Shown piece by piece: positions 20,092 to 30,953 of a stretch of 64,000 bases of DNA; position 1 is the first letter of the stretch, and every line of letters starts with the position of its first letter. Made by a program: the position numbers and the translations under genes. Source of the stretch: Pelagomonas calceolata (lineage: Eukaryota); contig CAKKNE010000005.1 of NCBI GenBank assembly GCA_918797485.1, positions 1,860,001 through 1,924,000 on the forward strand, given 5' to 3'. The notes below the pieces were generated by a model that saw only the letters and a program-made list of their open reading frames with translations, was not told where the DNA came from and did no database searches.

Positions 20092-20446
20092 GGTCGGAAT
20101 GCGTCGCTGGTGCGCGGGAAGGCTGCCCCCCGTCGCGCGTCGTTGTCGCGGGCTTCGCCTTTGCGCGGGAAAGGCTGCCGACGTCGCGCTTCGCTCTCGT
20201 TGCGCTTTTTGCAACGGCGGCGGGTTTCGCACCTCGAGATTCGCGGACCGCTCTCTACGGGGCTCCGAGCTGCATGACACCGAATGGTACATCGTAGGAG
20301 GGCTACCGCCGCGCTCGGAACGAGGGCACTGCTTACGGACTTGCGCAATTGCGGGGTCCTGGTCGGGAGGGGTAGCGATAGAGGGTAGCGAGCCGGCGAA
20401 GCAGAACTCAGTCGGACAAAACTTATAAAAAAAACACCGCCCCCCC

Positions 20447-22021
20447 TCACGACGACCCCTCCTTCCAGTACCGGCCCGCCGCGTCGGTCCCGGCCCGCAG
20501 CTCGAACTCGGCCCGGTCGCCGCCGCACAGCTCCAGCACGAGGTCCCCCGCGAGGCGCCGCGTCCGCTTCTGGGGGCACTTGTACATGAGCTCGACGAGC
20601 AAGGTGCGCATCGCGTACGGCTCCGGGTCGACGGGGTGCTTGCGCCGCTCCTCGACGGCCTCGGCGAACTCCTCGTCGTCCTGGGCCCGCGCGGCGTTCG
20701 CCGCGAGCGCCGCGCGCCACCGCTCGTCGTCCTTCGGCGGGTAGATCCACGCCTTCGTCGCCGCGCGCCCCTCCGCGCCGCACCGCGCGCTCCGCAGGAC
20801 GCACTCGAGGCAGGGCGCGACCTGGAGGTCCGGCTCCTGCGCGTCCGGGTCCCGTTCCACGAGGTAGAGGACGACGAGCGGCTCGAGCAGCGTCAGCAGC
20901 CGGGGCACGCTCCCGTTCGCGACGAGCCACGCGTAGTACGACTCCGGCGCGCGCAGCAGGAGGTGGACGCCGCTCTTGCACAGGGGCGGCACCGTCCACT
21001 GCGGCCGCTCGTCGAGCAGGATCGCGCGCAGGCAGACGCCGATGAGCGCGGGCGCCTCCGCCTTCAGGTCCCCGACGACCTTCGTGGCGTCGGCTCCGGC
21101 CAGAACCGTCAGGAGGTCCACGAGCGCGCAGCCGAGGTCCGTGTCGACGACCTTCAGCAGGCCGCCCTTGCTCATGTCCTCGTCGAGGACGCACCACGCC
21201 AGGGCCGTCGCGAGCACGCGGACGCCCTCGCCATGTAGGATTTCGTGGCACGCTTCTGGCGACGTGCGGCAGAGGCTTTGTAGACTTTCGGCACAGGCGA
21301 CGTACGCGCGGACCGTCAGCGCCAGCTGCATCAGGTCGAGGAGATTGCTTGCGCACGCCGCCGCATCCTCGACGACGCCCCCGCTCGCCTCCCGGGCCTT
21401 CGCGCACCGGGCCCACGCGCCGCAGACGGCATCCGCACACGCGCGCATGGCCTCGTCGTCGTCCTCCGCCTCCAGCACGGTCTCCAGCCCGCCCAGGCCG
21501 TCCTCCAGGACCTTCGACGCCAGGCCCGTCGCGCACTCGTTGTCGTCGTTCGCGACGCGCCGCCTCAGCAAATCCCACGCGAGCGTCACGTCGATGGCGT
21601 CCGCCTCCGCGAACGCCACGGCGCACGCGGCCCAGACCTCGGCCGCGGGCACGGCCCGCTCGTCGTCCTCTACCGGATCCGGCGGCGGCCCGCGCTTCCG
21701 CCGCTCGCGCCACGCCCAGAGCTTGCGCATCTCGGCCTCGGCATCATCTAACGCGTTGCACATAAACCTAGGCTTCTCGAAGGTCTGGGGGTTCGGGTTC
21801 GGCGGCGGCGCGCCCGGGTCCGGCCCGCCGAAGACCTCGGGGTCCGGCCGCTGGTCCTGGTACGGCGCGGGGATCTCCGGGCCGGGCGCCGGCCAGTCCT
21901 CGTCCTTGTCGGGGTCCGCCGGCATGGGCTCGCCGCCCCAGGGGCCGATGGGCCGGTCCTCCTTGGGTGGGGCCGGGGGCTTGGCGTCGTCGGTGGGTGG
22001 TTTTGGCAGGGGGGCGTCCAT
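20447..22021 (-). CDS. ARM-repeat protein, RIC8 (synembryn)-like
   Basis: C-terminal MRTLLVELM..RRLAGDLVLELCGGDRAEFELRAGTDAAG resembles the RIC8 signature; Pro-rich N-terminus. Confidence 0.6.
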   Translation of the reverse strand: MDAPLPKPPTDDAKPPAPPKEDRPIGPWGGEPMPADPDKDEDWPAPGPEIPAPYQDQRPDPEVFGGPDPGAPPPNPNPQTFEKPRFMCNALDDAEAEMRKLWAWRERRKRGPPPDPVEDDERAVPAAEVWAACAVAFAEADAIDVTLAWDLLRRRVANDDNECATGLASKVLEDGLGGLETVLEAEDDDEAMRACADAVCGAWARCAKAREASGGVVEDAAACASNLLDLMQLALTVRAYVACAESLQSLCRTSPEACHEILHGEGVRVLATALAWCVLDEDMSKGGLLKVVDTDLGCALVDLLTVLAGADATKVVGDLKAEAPALIGVCLRAILLDERPQWTVPPLCKSGVHLLLRAPESYYAWLVANGSVPRLLTLLEPLVVLYLVERDPDAQEPDLQVAPCLECVLRSARCGAEGRAATKAWIYPPKDDERWRAALAANAARAQDDEEFAEAVEERRKHPVDPEPYAMRTLLVELMYKCPQKRTRRLAGDLVLELCGGDRAEFELRAGTDAAGRYWKEGSS

Positions 22022-22332
22022 GGTTGCAGCGCACCGCTGCAGCGATGACCAAGACACGCGTAGCGCTGCCGTGCACGCTGTCAATGGCTAAGGCTACGGG
22101 TTTTGGAGCCGGGGTTTGCGCGCTAGTACGTAGACTATAGGGTGCTACACGTGTGCTCACAGCCTCCCGTAAAAGCAAGGGTCTGTTCGTCGCAGCATCT
22201 CAGGCCTTGCTCACAGTCGCGAGCGTGCAACTGTAAGCGCAGTCATCGCTCTCCACGGTCATTTGGCCAGGCTGCAGCTGAGCAACTCTCTTCAGACGCT
22301 GCAGCCTGAGTAACACACTCTCCGGCCAAATC

Positions 22333-23466
22333 ATGTGCGTCCCGCCGAAAACGACGACGAGCAGCGCCGCGTTGCAAGCCGCGCTCGCCGCGGCCCCGCC
22401 GCCGCCGCCGCGCGTGCGCGTCTGCGTCGTGGGCGGCGGCCGCATGGGCGAGCTGCGCTGCCGCCAGCTCCACGAGTCGCTCGAGGCGGACGTCGCCTGC
22501 GTCGTCGAGGCGGACGCCGCGAAGTGCGCGGCGCTGGCGAGGAAATACGGCTGCGCGGCCTTTGCGAGCCTCGACGAGGCCGTCGACGCGTGGACGCGGG
22601 GCGGCGAGCGCATCCAGGGCGTCTGGGTCTGTGCGCCCACGGCGGCCCACGCGGCCCTCATCGAGCGGGCGGCGCGCTACGGCGCCCACGTCGCGTGCGA
22701 GAAGCCGGTCGGGCTGTCCGCGGCGGAGATCGCGCGCGCCTACGACGTCTGCCGGGACTGCGACGTGGGGCTGCACTGCCTCTTCCAGCGGCGGTCGGAC
22801 GCGTCCTACAAGGCCCTGCTGGACCGCCTCCCGGCCGAGGGCGCGCCGCGGACGATCCGCTGCGTCTTCCGCGACCACCCGACGCCCCCGCGGGCGTTCC
22901 TCGAGTCCTGCGGCGGCGACGTCTACCACGACCTCGCGACGCACGACCTCGACTTCGCGCTCGCCGCCCTGAGAAAGGCGACCGGCGCCGACGGCGTCCG
23001 GCTCGCGCCGGACGAGGTCTACGCCGTCGGGTTGGACGCGGCGTTCGCGGCCGTCATCACGGTGACGTGGCGGGCCCTGGGCGTCGCCGGCACCTTCGAG
23101 GTCGCGCGGGCCTCGGCGTACGGCTACGACCAACGCTGCGAGGTCTGGACGGCGACGGGCGCGGCGCTGAGCGTCGGGAACCACGTCGCCACGTCCCTCG
23201 AGGTCGGCGGCGCCGCGGGCGTCGTTTCCAGTCAGCTCGTCGAGTCCTTCCCCGAGCGCTTCCGCGCGGCTTTTGCCGAGGACGTCGCGCACTTCGCGCG
23301 CGCCTGCCGCGGCGGCGCCGCGCCGAAGGTGCGCCGCGGCGACGCCGTCCTGGCCACGCTGGTTGCGGAGGCGGCGCGGCGGTCGGCGGCCTGCGGCCGG
23401 CCCGTCGCGCTGAAGAACCCGGCGGGGAGCGCCGACCCGGCGGACCTCGTCCTCGTCGAGGGGTAG
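22333..23466 (+). CDS. Gfo/Idh/MocA oxidoreductase (myo-inositol 2-dehydrogenase-like)
   Basis: VVGGGRMG, VCAPTAAH, CEKP, FQRRSD, DLATHDLD, YGYDQRCEV, FPERF. Confidence 0.88.
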   Translation: MCVPPKTTTSSAALQAALAAAPPPPPRVRVCVVGGGRMGELRCRQLHESLEADVACVVEADAAKCAALARKYGCAAFASLDEAVDAWTRGGERIQGVWVCAPTAAHAALIERAARYGAHVACEKPVGLSAAEIARAYDVCRDCDVGLHCLFQRRSDASYKALLDRLPAEGAPRTIRCVFRDHPTPPRAFLESCGGDVYHDLATHDLDFALAALRKATGADGVRLAPDEVYAVGLDAAFAAVITVTWRALGVAGTFEVARASAYGYDQRCEVWTATGAALSVGNHVATSLEVGGAAGVVSSQLVESFPERFRAAFAEDVAHFARACRGGAAPKVRRGDAVLATLVAEAARRSAACGRPVALKNPAGSADPADLVLVEG

Positions 23467-23727
23467 TTGTTCGTTCTAACGTTTCGTTCCGAATTTACGC
23501 GTCTCGATCATTCTAGCTCCTTTAAATGCGGATGAACCCGCACGAGACAGCCCGCCTCTTTCCGTAGGATCCGTCTGGACCATGGACAGCTCCTCCACGG
23601 AATCAAGTCTGGGACGAGGCCTCCCCCGGAAGCGCGCTCGAGGCTCTCACAGGTGGGGCGCTGCAGCACAAGCGCTCGGGCAGCCGACGCGGCGAAGCGG
23701 TGTACGCGAGGCAGCCGTGCATACACG

Positions 23728-26184
23728 ATGCCGACGCCCGGCTCCTCGGCGGCGCCCTCGCGGCCCCAGTCCGTCGAGGAGCAGCGTGAAAAACGCGCCG
23801 AGGCGTACGCGGCGAAGCGCGCCTACGAGGAGGCGCGCCAACACCTCGACGCGCTGGCGCAGAAGGTGTTTGAGCGGGCCCTCCTCGACGAGGACGAGAT
23901 GCCCCCGGAGGCGCCGTACTTGGAAGCCGTCGAAGCCGGCGTCAAGCACCACCTCAACGCGCTCGCGAAGGACAACTACCGGAGGTCCCTCGACCGCACC
24001 TCGGCGAGCTACGACCCCGAGGCGAAGGCGCGCGCGTCGCTGGACCGGTCGTCGCGGACGTCGACGGCGGGGAAGCGTAGGAAGAAGCCCCGCGTCGCCA
24101 AGGATACCGCGGCGGACGTCTTGGAGCGATTAGTAGCGGACGCGGGCGGCATCTTCGCGTTCTGGGGCCGCGACGCCTGGCGGAGCACGCTGGCGTTAGA
24201 AGAGGCCGTCGCCGAGGCCTTGTGTCCGACGCCGGCGCCGCCGCCGACGCCGTCGCCCGAGAAGCTCTGGAGCTTGCACGCGGCGGAGCTGGGCGGCTAC
24301 GCCGCCGCGGCGCCCTTCGCGCCCTTCTCCGAGTTAAAGAAGGTCGGCCCCTGGCGGCCGCAGACGCCGCCGAAGCCGCCGGACCCGCTCGCGCGCGTGC
24401 CGCCCGACGCGTCGTGCTCGCTGGCGGTTTTCATAAGCGCGGCGCAGCGCGCGTGGTTAATAGAGTGCGCGCGCGTCCGCGACGCGCGGCGCGCGGCGCG
24501 CGTGAGCGACCGCGCCGCGACCGAGGCCGCCGCGAAGCGCGCGCGGCGGCCCGACGCGGCCCGCGTTCCGAAGCAGGATGTAGAGGACATGCTCGAGGCC
24601 TGGGCGCGCGCCGGGTGGCGCGCGCCCGCCAGCGCGCGGACGGCGCTGCCCGCCGCGCTGGAGAGGCTAGGCAACGCCGAGCTCGCCGAGTATTCGCTGC
24701 GGGACCTCGAGGAGCTGCTCGAAGTCGTGCTCGTGGACAGCGCGGGGCACCTGGACGTGGAGCACGACAAGGAGTGGCGCGAGGACTGGGCCTGGGAGCC
24801 GTGGCCGAGCCAGCCGCGGCCAAAGGTCAAGTGGGCCAAGCGCTTCCTGGGCACGGACGCGCACGACGAGGCGAAGTGGCATAGAATAAGGTCGGACTAC
24901 GCGTCGACGGTCATGAGTCGAATGCACCACACGATGCGGCGGAGGCGGGAGAACCAGCGGAGCTGGATCTTCGAGGCGCCGGCGGCCTACGACGTCGTCG
25001 TCACGGTGCACGCCGCGGCGGACCTGCCGTCGTTAGACGGCGCGCGCGGCATCTCGGACCCGTACTGCATCCTGAAGGTCGGATCGCAGACGCAGCGCAC
25101 AAACTACGTCAAGGACGACCTGTGCCCGAACTTTGGTAGTCAAACCTTCTACTTCAACAACACGCGGTCCACGGATATAATAGTAGAGCTGATGGACAAG
25201 GACTGGACCCAGGACGACGAGGCCCTTGGAACTGTATCAGTGCCGTTGTTAGGATTGGGGTCGCCCCCAACGCAACACAAGTTCGAGCTGTCCTGCGTGC
25301 GCAATCTAAACCCGGGGTCGGTGACGATCTCGTGGCACCGGACGCCCGTGGTAAAAAAAACGGAGGAGGACGACGAAAGTGATGTGATTGATCTGGCGCA
25401 CTACGGCCACCGCGTGGACACGCACCACGACAAGCGGCGGGGCGCCGTGGCCATGGCGGTTGCGGCGGCGGCGAAAGGGCGCCGGCCGACGCTCATCTCG
25501 GTGCGCGAGTGCGGCCTGAACGACAAGGGCGTTTTAGACGTGGTCGACGTGCTCAAGGAGGTCGACCGGTCGCGCCTGAAAGCCTTAGATTTGTCCCAGA
25601 ACCCGATCCAGGGCCGCCTCGCGATGGGCGCGCTGTCGGCCATGCTGCGGTCGGACTACGCGCTGCCCGAGCTGCGCGTGCTCGACGTGTCCGGGTGCAA
25701 GCTGGGCGCGCGCGTCGTGGAGGTGCTCGCGGCGCTGGGCGGCCGCGGCGACGCCGAGGACGGCGTCGACCCGAAGGCCTACCCGCTCGAGCGGCTCGCC
25801 CTGGCGCGCAACAAGCTGGGCGACGCCGAGGGGCGGGTGTTGGCCGTCGCGATCGCGCGGAATCCTCAATTGAGGCGCGTCGACGCCGCGTGGAACGGCT
25901 TCACGCCGGCGACGGGCGCGCTCCTGCTGGAGGCGCTGGAGGCGCCCGCGTCGAAGCTCGAGGCGCTCGTCGTCGACGAGGCGTGCGTGCCGCGCGGCGC
26001 GCCGCGGCCGAACAGCGCCGCCGCCCTCAAGGCCGCGCGCGCGCGCAAGGCCGCGCGGCGGCGGCCGCACCTCGACCGCGACATCTACGCGGAGCCGTTC
26101 CCCGCGCCGAAGCGGCCGCTGTTGGTGGGAGACGCGTTCCGCGTCCAGGCGCGCGACGGCCTCGCCGTCGTCGTGCGGGCGTAA
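23728..26184 (+). CDS. C2-domain + RNI-type leucine-rich-repeat protein
   Basis: SDPYCILKV..QRT..DLCPNF..ELMDKD (C2); LDLSQNPI, LDVSGCKL, LALARNKLGD (LRR). Confidence 0.8.
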   Translation: MPTPGSSAAPSRPQSVEEQREKRAEAYAAKRAYEEARQHLDALAQKVFERALLDEDEMPPEAPYLEAVEAGVKHHLNALAKDNYRRSLDRTSASYDPEAKARASLDRSSRTSTAGKRRKKPRVAKDTAADVLERLVADAGGIFAFWGRDAWRSTLALEEAVAEALCPTPAPPPTPSPEKLWSLHAAELGGYAAAAPFAPFSELKKVGPWRPQTPPKPPDPLARVPPDASCSLAVFISAAQRAWLIECARVRDARRAARVSDRAATEAAAKRARRPDAARVPKQDVEDMLEAWARAGWRAPASARTALPAALERLGNAELAEYSLRDLEELLEVVLVDSAGHLDVEHDKEWREDWAWEPWPSQPRPKVKWAKRFLGTDAHDEAKWHRIRSDYASTVMSRMHHTMRRRRENQRSWIFEAPAAYDVVVTVHAAADLPSLDGARGISDPYCILKVGSQTQRTNYVKDDLCPNFGSQTFYFNNTRSTDIIVELMDKDWTQDDEALGTVSVPLLGLGSPPTQHKFELSCVRNLNPGSVTISWHRTPVVKKTEEDDESDVIDLAHYGHRVDTHHDKRRGAVAMAVAAAAKGRRPTLISVRECGLNDKGVLDVVDVLKEVDRSRLKALDLSQNPIQGRLAMGALSAMLRSDYALPELRVLDVSGCKLGARVVEVLAALGGRGDAEDGVDPKAYPLERLALARNKLGDAEGRVLAVAIARNPQLRRVDAAWNGFTPATGALLLEALEAPASKLEALVVDEACVPRGAPRPNSAAALKAARARKAARRRPHLDRDIYAEPFPAPKRPLLVGDAFRVQARDGLAVVVRA

Positions 26185-26296
26185 CATTCATGTGACCTTT
26201 GGTTCTTGTGATGTCGGAAACCTGCGGGTCCTCACCTGATTGGGATGGAAACGCGCGTCGAGTGCGACGACGCTCCGATAAAAAAAGGGCAGCCCG

Positions 26297-27511
26297 ATGG
26301 ACGACGTCGACGCCAGCGCCGCCGCGCGGCGCCTCGCCGCCGCCGAGCGCGAGGCCCTCCTGCCCCACGACACCACGCCCCTGCTGCCGGCGCGCCGGAA
26401 GCGGGCAACCGCAGTGGCCACCATGGTATTGGGTCTCCTCGCGCTGAGCGTCGGCGTGACCGTCGTCCACCAGCGGTTAGAAAAAGAACAGAAGCTCGAC
26501 GTCGACCGCGACGCGGCCTGGACGGCATTCAAGGCGAAATACGAGAAGACGTACGCGACGCCGGCGCACGAAAAAGCGGCACGGCGCAACTACGAGGCGC
26601 GCCTCGCGTCGATGGACGAGAGGAACCGAATCAATGGGGAGGCGGTCTTCGGCGTGACGCGGCACGCGGACCGGGAGATGGGACACAACGCGTTCGCGCG
26701 GGGGCATCGAAGGGCGGAGCGGCGCGATATTTTGAATTTGAAACCAATCAAAACCAAAACTATCTCAAAGATCGACTGGCGCGAAACGGAGGGCGTCGTG
26801 AGCCCCGTCAAGAACCAGGGCCAGTGCGGCTCGTGCTGGGCGTTTGCGGTCACCGAACAGGTCGAGAGCCAGCTCGTATTAAGCGGGGCGCCCCAAGTAA
26901 CGCTGTCGCCCCAGCAGCTCGCGTCCTGCACGGCCGACGCCGAGGGCTGCGGCGGCGGCGACCCGGGCCAGGCCTACGCCTACCTCGCGTCGCTCAACAA
27001 CGCGTCCGGGCTCGCGCCCGACGCGTGGTGGCCCTACGAGCAGTCGCTGACGCCGGACGACGCCTGCACGTCCAAGGACTGCACGGAGGCCTGCGACCGC
27101 GACCCCGCGCAATTGGAAGGCGACTACCAGTACGTCGGGCCTTACGCCCGGATCCACGGCTACGGGTTCGCGACGGACGAATGTACACAAGGTACTTGTG
27201 AAGACCAGAACACGACGGAGCTCATGCTGCGGTTGCACGACGCGCCGATCGCCGTCTGCCTGAACGCGGAGCACTGGGACGACTACGTGGGCGGCGTGCT
27301 CACGGCGGACGCGTGCGGCGGCAACGGCGCCAATGATATTGATCATTGCGTCCAGCTGGTGGGCTACGACAGTGCGGGGGGCTGGTTTCTGGTGCGCAAC
27401 TCGTGGTCGACGAGCTGGGGCGAGGACGGCTATTTGAGATTGGCGATCGACGGGAACGCGTGCGGCGTCGCGAACGAGGCGACGGTCGCCGTCGTGGAGG
27501 AGGGCGAGTAA
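26297..27511 (+). CDS. Papain-family (C1A) cysteine protease with I29 prodomain and N-terminal TM anchor
   Basis: IDWR, PVKNQGQCGSCWAF, LSPQQL, GCGGG, IDHCVQLVGY, RNSW..WGEDGY. Confidence 0.95.
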   Translation: MDDVDASAAARRLAAAEREALLPHDTTPLLPARRKRATAVATMVLGLLALSVGVTVVHQRLEKEQKLDVDRDAAWTAFKAKYEKTYATPAHEKAARRNYEARLASMDERNRINGEAVFGVTRHADREMGHNAFARGHRRAERRDILNLKPIKTKTISKIDWRETEGVVSPVKNQGQCGSCWAFAVTEQVESQLVLSGAPQVTLSPQQLASCTADAEGCGGGDPGQAYAYLASLNNASGLAPDAWWPYEQSLTPDDACTSKDCTEACDRDPAQLEGDYQYVGPYARIHGYGFATDECTQGTCEDQNTTELMLRLHDAPIAVCLNAEHWDDYVGGVLTADACGGNGANDIDHCVQLVGYDSAGGWFLVRNSWSTSWGEDGYLRLAIDGNACGVANEATVAVVEEGE

Positions 27512-27522
27512 ACGAAAAGTTA

Positions 27523-28473
27523 CTACTGCCCCTTGGCCTTGGCGGCCTCCTTCTTGAGGCCCTTCTTGCGGATCGCGCGGTGCATCGAGAAGACGGCCGC
27601 GGCCAGCAACGACGAAGGGAGTAGATCGGCGACGGACAGTTGCAAAGCGTGGGCCCAGTAGGGCGAGCAGGCGACGTCGTAGCCCACGAACCTGACGGCC
27701 TGCTTCGCGTAGGTGGACGGAGAGGGCACAGTTAATGAAGTCTTGCGGATCTTGGCGAGCTTCGTCGTCACCCAGAGCGGCGTCTGGACCTGGACGTCGA
27801 TCCCCAGACCCTTGAGCTCGCAGGCCAAAGATTTGGTGAATTGCACGATGCCTCCTTTCGCTGCCGCGTAACCAGCCAATAAGGGAGAGGGCTGGACGCC
27901 GGCGGCCGACGACGTGTTGACGATGGCGCCCCTTTTGCGGGCGACCATGCCCTGGGTCTCGTCTCCTAGTACAAGCTTCGTCATGAAGAGCGTCGACTCC
28001 GTGTTGAGAGATACGAGGTTCGCGCATTCTTCGTCACTTAACTCGTGGTAGTACTTCGTGAAGGGGTAGGACATGCCCACGTTGTTCGCGAGGATGCCGA
28101 TATCCAGGCCCTTGAGGGCCTTGGCTACTTTATTTTGTTTTGTCGTATCGAAACCGCCCCCAAAGTCGACGGAGATGGTTTTGGTCTCCACGTTAAACTT
28201 CTCTTCAATTTCCTTGGCCGCGTCGTCGAGCTTGGACTGCGTGCGACTTATTAACACAACATCCAGCCCCTGCTTGGCGAACTCCAGACACAAGGCCTTG
28301 CCGATGCCGTCGGTCGCGCCCGTCACCACAGCCCAGCGGCCGTACTTCCTTAACTTTTTACCGGGGCGCAGGAAGTGGGCGTAGATGCCGGAGAGCAGCG
28401 GGAGCGCGACCTTGTAGAGCAGGATTAGCGTGGCCGCGGCCTTGAGGGTGGCCGGCTCGGTCAGCTGGTCCAT
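27523..28473 (-). CDS. KCR: Very-long-chain 3-oxoacyl-CoA reductase (KCR/HSD17B12-like SDR)
   Basis: YGRWAVVTGATDGIGK, ILANNVGMSY, YAAAK, VQVQTP..V.TKL, PYWAHAL. Confidence 0.92.
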   Translation of the reverse strand: MDQLTEPATLKAAATLILLYKVALPLLSGIYAHFLRPGKKLRKYGRWAVVTGATDGIGKALCLEFAKQGLDVVLISRTQSKLDDAAKEIEEKFNVETKTISVDFGGGFDTTKQNKVAKALKGLDIGILANNVGMSYPFTKYYHELSDEECANLVSLNTESTLFMTKLVLGDETQGMVARKRGAIVNTSSAAGVQPSPLLAGYAAAKGGIVQFTKSLACELKGLGIDVQVQTPLWVTTKLAKIRKTSLTVPSPSTYAKQAVRFVGYDVACSPYWAHALQLSVADLLPSSLLAAAVFSMHRAIRKKGLKKEAAKAKGQ

Positions 28474-28734
28474 GGCTTCAGCTGGGCTGCAGATCTGGCT
28501 TCTGGGTGCAAGTATTGCTTCAGCTGGATGACAGGATGCAATCTGGGTGCAAGGTTACGGCTCCCTCGGCTAAGCGCGAGGCTGCGCGACGTGTTGGTAG
28601 CGTCGTGTAAGACACTAGCTCGAGCTAGGTCGACTCAAAGTGGTGGCTGTGTAGGCATCGCTGCAGTAGGACGCTTGCGCAGCTCGCGATCGCCTCCGGG
28701 CGCTGCGGCTTTGGTTCAGGCGCGGCAAGCACAC

Positions 28735-29985
28735 ATGGCCCGCTCGCGCGGCGCCTCCTTCGCCTGGCTGCTGCGGCTCTTCCTCGCAGGCGCGGCCGTG
28801 GCGACGCTGGGCCTGCTCTACACGACGCACGCGCAGCACGCTGTGAATGATGCGCCGCTCGCCGCGGAGCCGCCGAAGCCGAAAGCACCACTCAAGAAGC
28901 CGGACGCCGCGAGCGGCTGCCCGGCGCAGGGCTGCCCGCCGCGCTTCTGGGCGCCCGTGTCCATCGCCGGCGTCGAGCACGGCGACCCGCGCGTGTCGCT
29001 CTGCAAGCTCGCCTTCGATACCTATTGGAGGGACCCGAGCAAGACGCCGATGTTCCGCGACCTCGCGTCTGCCTCGAGATGCGGCCGCGGCCGCGCCGGA
29101 ACGCTCAATACGTTGTATGAGGACATGCGGAAGAAAAATATTAAACCGGTCAAACCGTCGGGTTTTGTGTTTCACGAGAGCCGCGTCGGTTCCACTCTTG
29201 TGGCGAACATGCTCGCCGCGGTGCCCACGAATATTGTCTACTCCGAGTCGGCGCCGCCGCCCGCGGTCCTGAACCACTGCCGGAGCTGTAGTAAGCAGCG
29301 GAAGACGGACATCCTCCAGAAATTGATAGCTTTGATGGGCGCGTCCCCAACGAACTACCACACGCACCTATTCTTCAAGTTCCAGTCGGCGACGGTCCCC
29401 AACATTAGGTCTCTCTTGGATGCCTTTCCCGAGACGCCGTGGTTGTTTGTTTATAGGGATCCCGTGCAGACAATGATGAGCCACTTCAAGAACGGCGTCG
29501 GCAACGGGCCCTGCCTCAGACAGCGGCGGAGCCCGCCGCCGGCGACCATCAAAATATTGAAAGCGGAGTCGGCCGCGAAGGCATCCCGGACGTCGCCCGA
29601 GAACTACTGCGCGGCGCACCTCGCCATGCTTACATCGTCGGCGCTGGACGCCGATGGGAGTTCCGACCGTGGTTTGCTCGTGGACTACGCGTCCATGCCC
29701 GGCGCGCTCGAGGCCTACGTCTTCCCGAAGCACTTCGGGCTGAGTTTAGCGCCCGAGGATGCGTTGAGGACGCACGCCGCGTCCTCGGTCTACTCCAAGG
29801 CGCGCGGCGGCCGCAAGGCGGGCGCCTGGGAGTCGGACAACGAGAAAAAAGAGCGGGCCGCGACGCCGGCGATCAAGAGCGCCGCGGCCACGTATTTACA
29901 GCCGACGTTTGAGCGGGCGCGTCAAGCGACGCTGTCGCGGACGGGCGGCGACGACCTCGTGCACTTCCGCGACTTCGCACCTTAA
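28735..29985 (+). CDS. Type II membrane sulfotransferase-like protein
   Basis: N-terminal TM; FVFHESRVGSTL (5'-PSB-like), SES, FVYRDPVQTMMS (3'-PB-like). Confidence 0.75.
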   Translation: MARSRGASFAWLLRLFLAGAAVATLGLLYTTHAQHAVNDAPLAAEPPKPKAPLKKPDAASGCPAQGCPPRFWAPVSIAGVEHGDPRVSLCKLAFDTYWRDPSKTPMFRDLASASRCGRGRAGTLNTLYEDMRKKNIKPVKPSGFVFHESRVGSTLVANMLAAVPTNIVYSESAPPPAVLNHCRSCSKQRKTDILQKLIALMGASPTNYHTHLFFKFQSATVPNIRSLLDAFPETPWLFVYRDPVQTMMSHFKNGVGNGPCLRQRRSPPPATIKILKAESAAKASRTSPENYCAAHLAMLTSSALDADGSSDRGLLVDYASMPGALEAYVFPKHFGLSLAPEDALRTHAASSVYSKARGGRKAGAWESDNEKKERAATPAIKSAAATYLQPTFERARQATLSRTGGDDLVHFRDFAP

Positions 29986-30000
29986 AAATACATGTAGTTA

Positions 30001-30424
30001 CTATGCGTGGGGCAGCAGGTCGAGGCCGGCGTTGATCCGCGCCGGCAGGAGGATGGCCAGCGTCGCGACGATGGGGATGACGTGGCCGATGGCCGTCTTG
30101 TCCGAGGCCTCGACCTCCCAGGGGAACTTGAACGCCTGGCCGTACTCGCCGTCGGTGTACGTCTCCCAGGCGCTCATCTTCTCCTTCTCGCCCGTCGGCT
30201 TGCCCGCCTCGGGCGCGACGGGCGCGCGCGGCCTGTGCGGACATCGAATCGTTTGGAGCCATCGACGCGACAGTGTTCCTGCTTCTGCCCGCTGGCGTAC
30301 GGGTGATCTCTCGTGGCTCATTTCCCGCACAGCGCACAGACATTGTCTTAGGAGGCTGCAAAGCAGTGGCGGTGGCTAAGAGAGCCAAAAGAAACGCGAC
30401 AGCAGGGCGGCGGCCGGCCATCAT
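30001..30424 (-). CDS. Small signal-peptide protein with a C-terminal TM; intron 30233-30341
   Basis: MMAGRRPAVAFLLALLATATALQPPKTM joined by a GT-AG intron to PRAPVAPEAGKP..EYGQAFKFPWE..IPIVATLAILL. Confidence 0.65.
30233..30341 (-). mobile_element. Diverged introner-derived intron (109 nt)
   Basis: Ends CTGTGCGGGAAATG...ATGTCCGCACAG form a decayed TIR pair; carries the family motif GCCATCGACGCGAC; TSD decayed. Confidence 0.7.
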
Positions 30425-30581
30425 TTTTTAAAATTCCTGATGCCTATTTACTAACTGCGTGCTTCCGCTGGCGTACGAGTCCTCTTGGATCCTGAGCTTT
30501 GGCTAGTGCCTTACATCTCTAGGCGAATACCCACGCACGCAAGAAGCCACCGCTGCTCGGACGCTTATGACAGAAAGAAAG

Positions 30582-30953
30582 TTATGCGTTCGCCCGCTTC
30601 CGGAGGGCCTCGAGCTCCGCGCGCTTCTGCTCGAGCGACTCCGTCCGCTTCTGCATGCGCGCCGCCTGGAAGTAGAGCACGATCAGATACCTCCCGCACA
30701 CGTTGAAGCCGCTCAGGTGGTCGACCGCGTTCTTCGCGTCGTAGATGTCCTCGTAGACGACAAACGCGGTCCCGCGCGTGTCCGGCCGGTTCCCTATTCG
30801 GATCTGGCGGATGGCGCCGTACTTGCCGAAAATATCATAAATTTCTTCGGTGGATAGGGCCTCCTCCGTCTTGTAGGGCAGGTTCCGCACGTACAAAATG
30901 CGGTTCACTTCCGGTGGTAAACGCGCGGCGCCGCGGGCCGACGCGGCGTTCAT
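30582..30953 (-). CDS. SF3B6: Splicing factor 3B subunit 6 (p14)
   Basis: [60 protein letters not shown]. Confidence 0.97.
   Translation of the reverse strand: MNAASARGAARLPPEVNRILYVRNLPYKTEEALSTEEIYDIFGKYGAIRQIRIGNRPDTRGTAFVVYEDIYDAKNAVDHLSGFNVCGRYLIVLYFQAARMQKRTESLEQKRAELEALRKRANA

Noticed and set aside
26725..26770. AT-rich patch in the protease as an intron
   Set aside because: In frame, no GT-AG pair needed, and it falls in the variable pro-mature linker.
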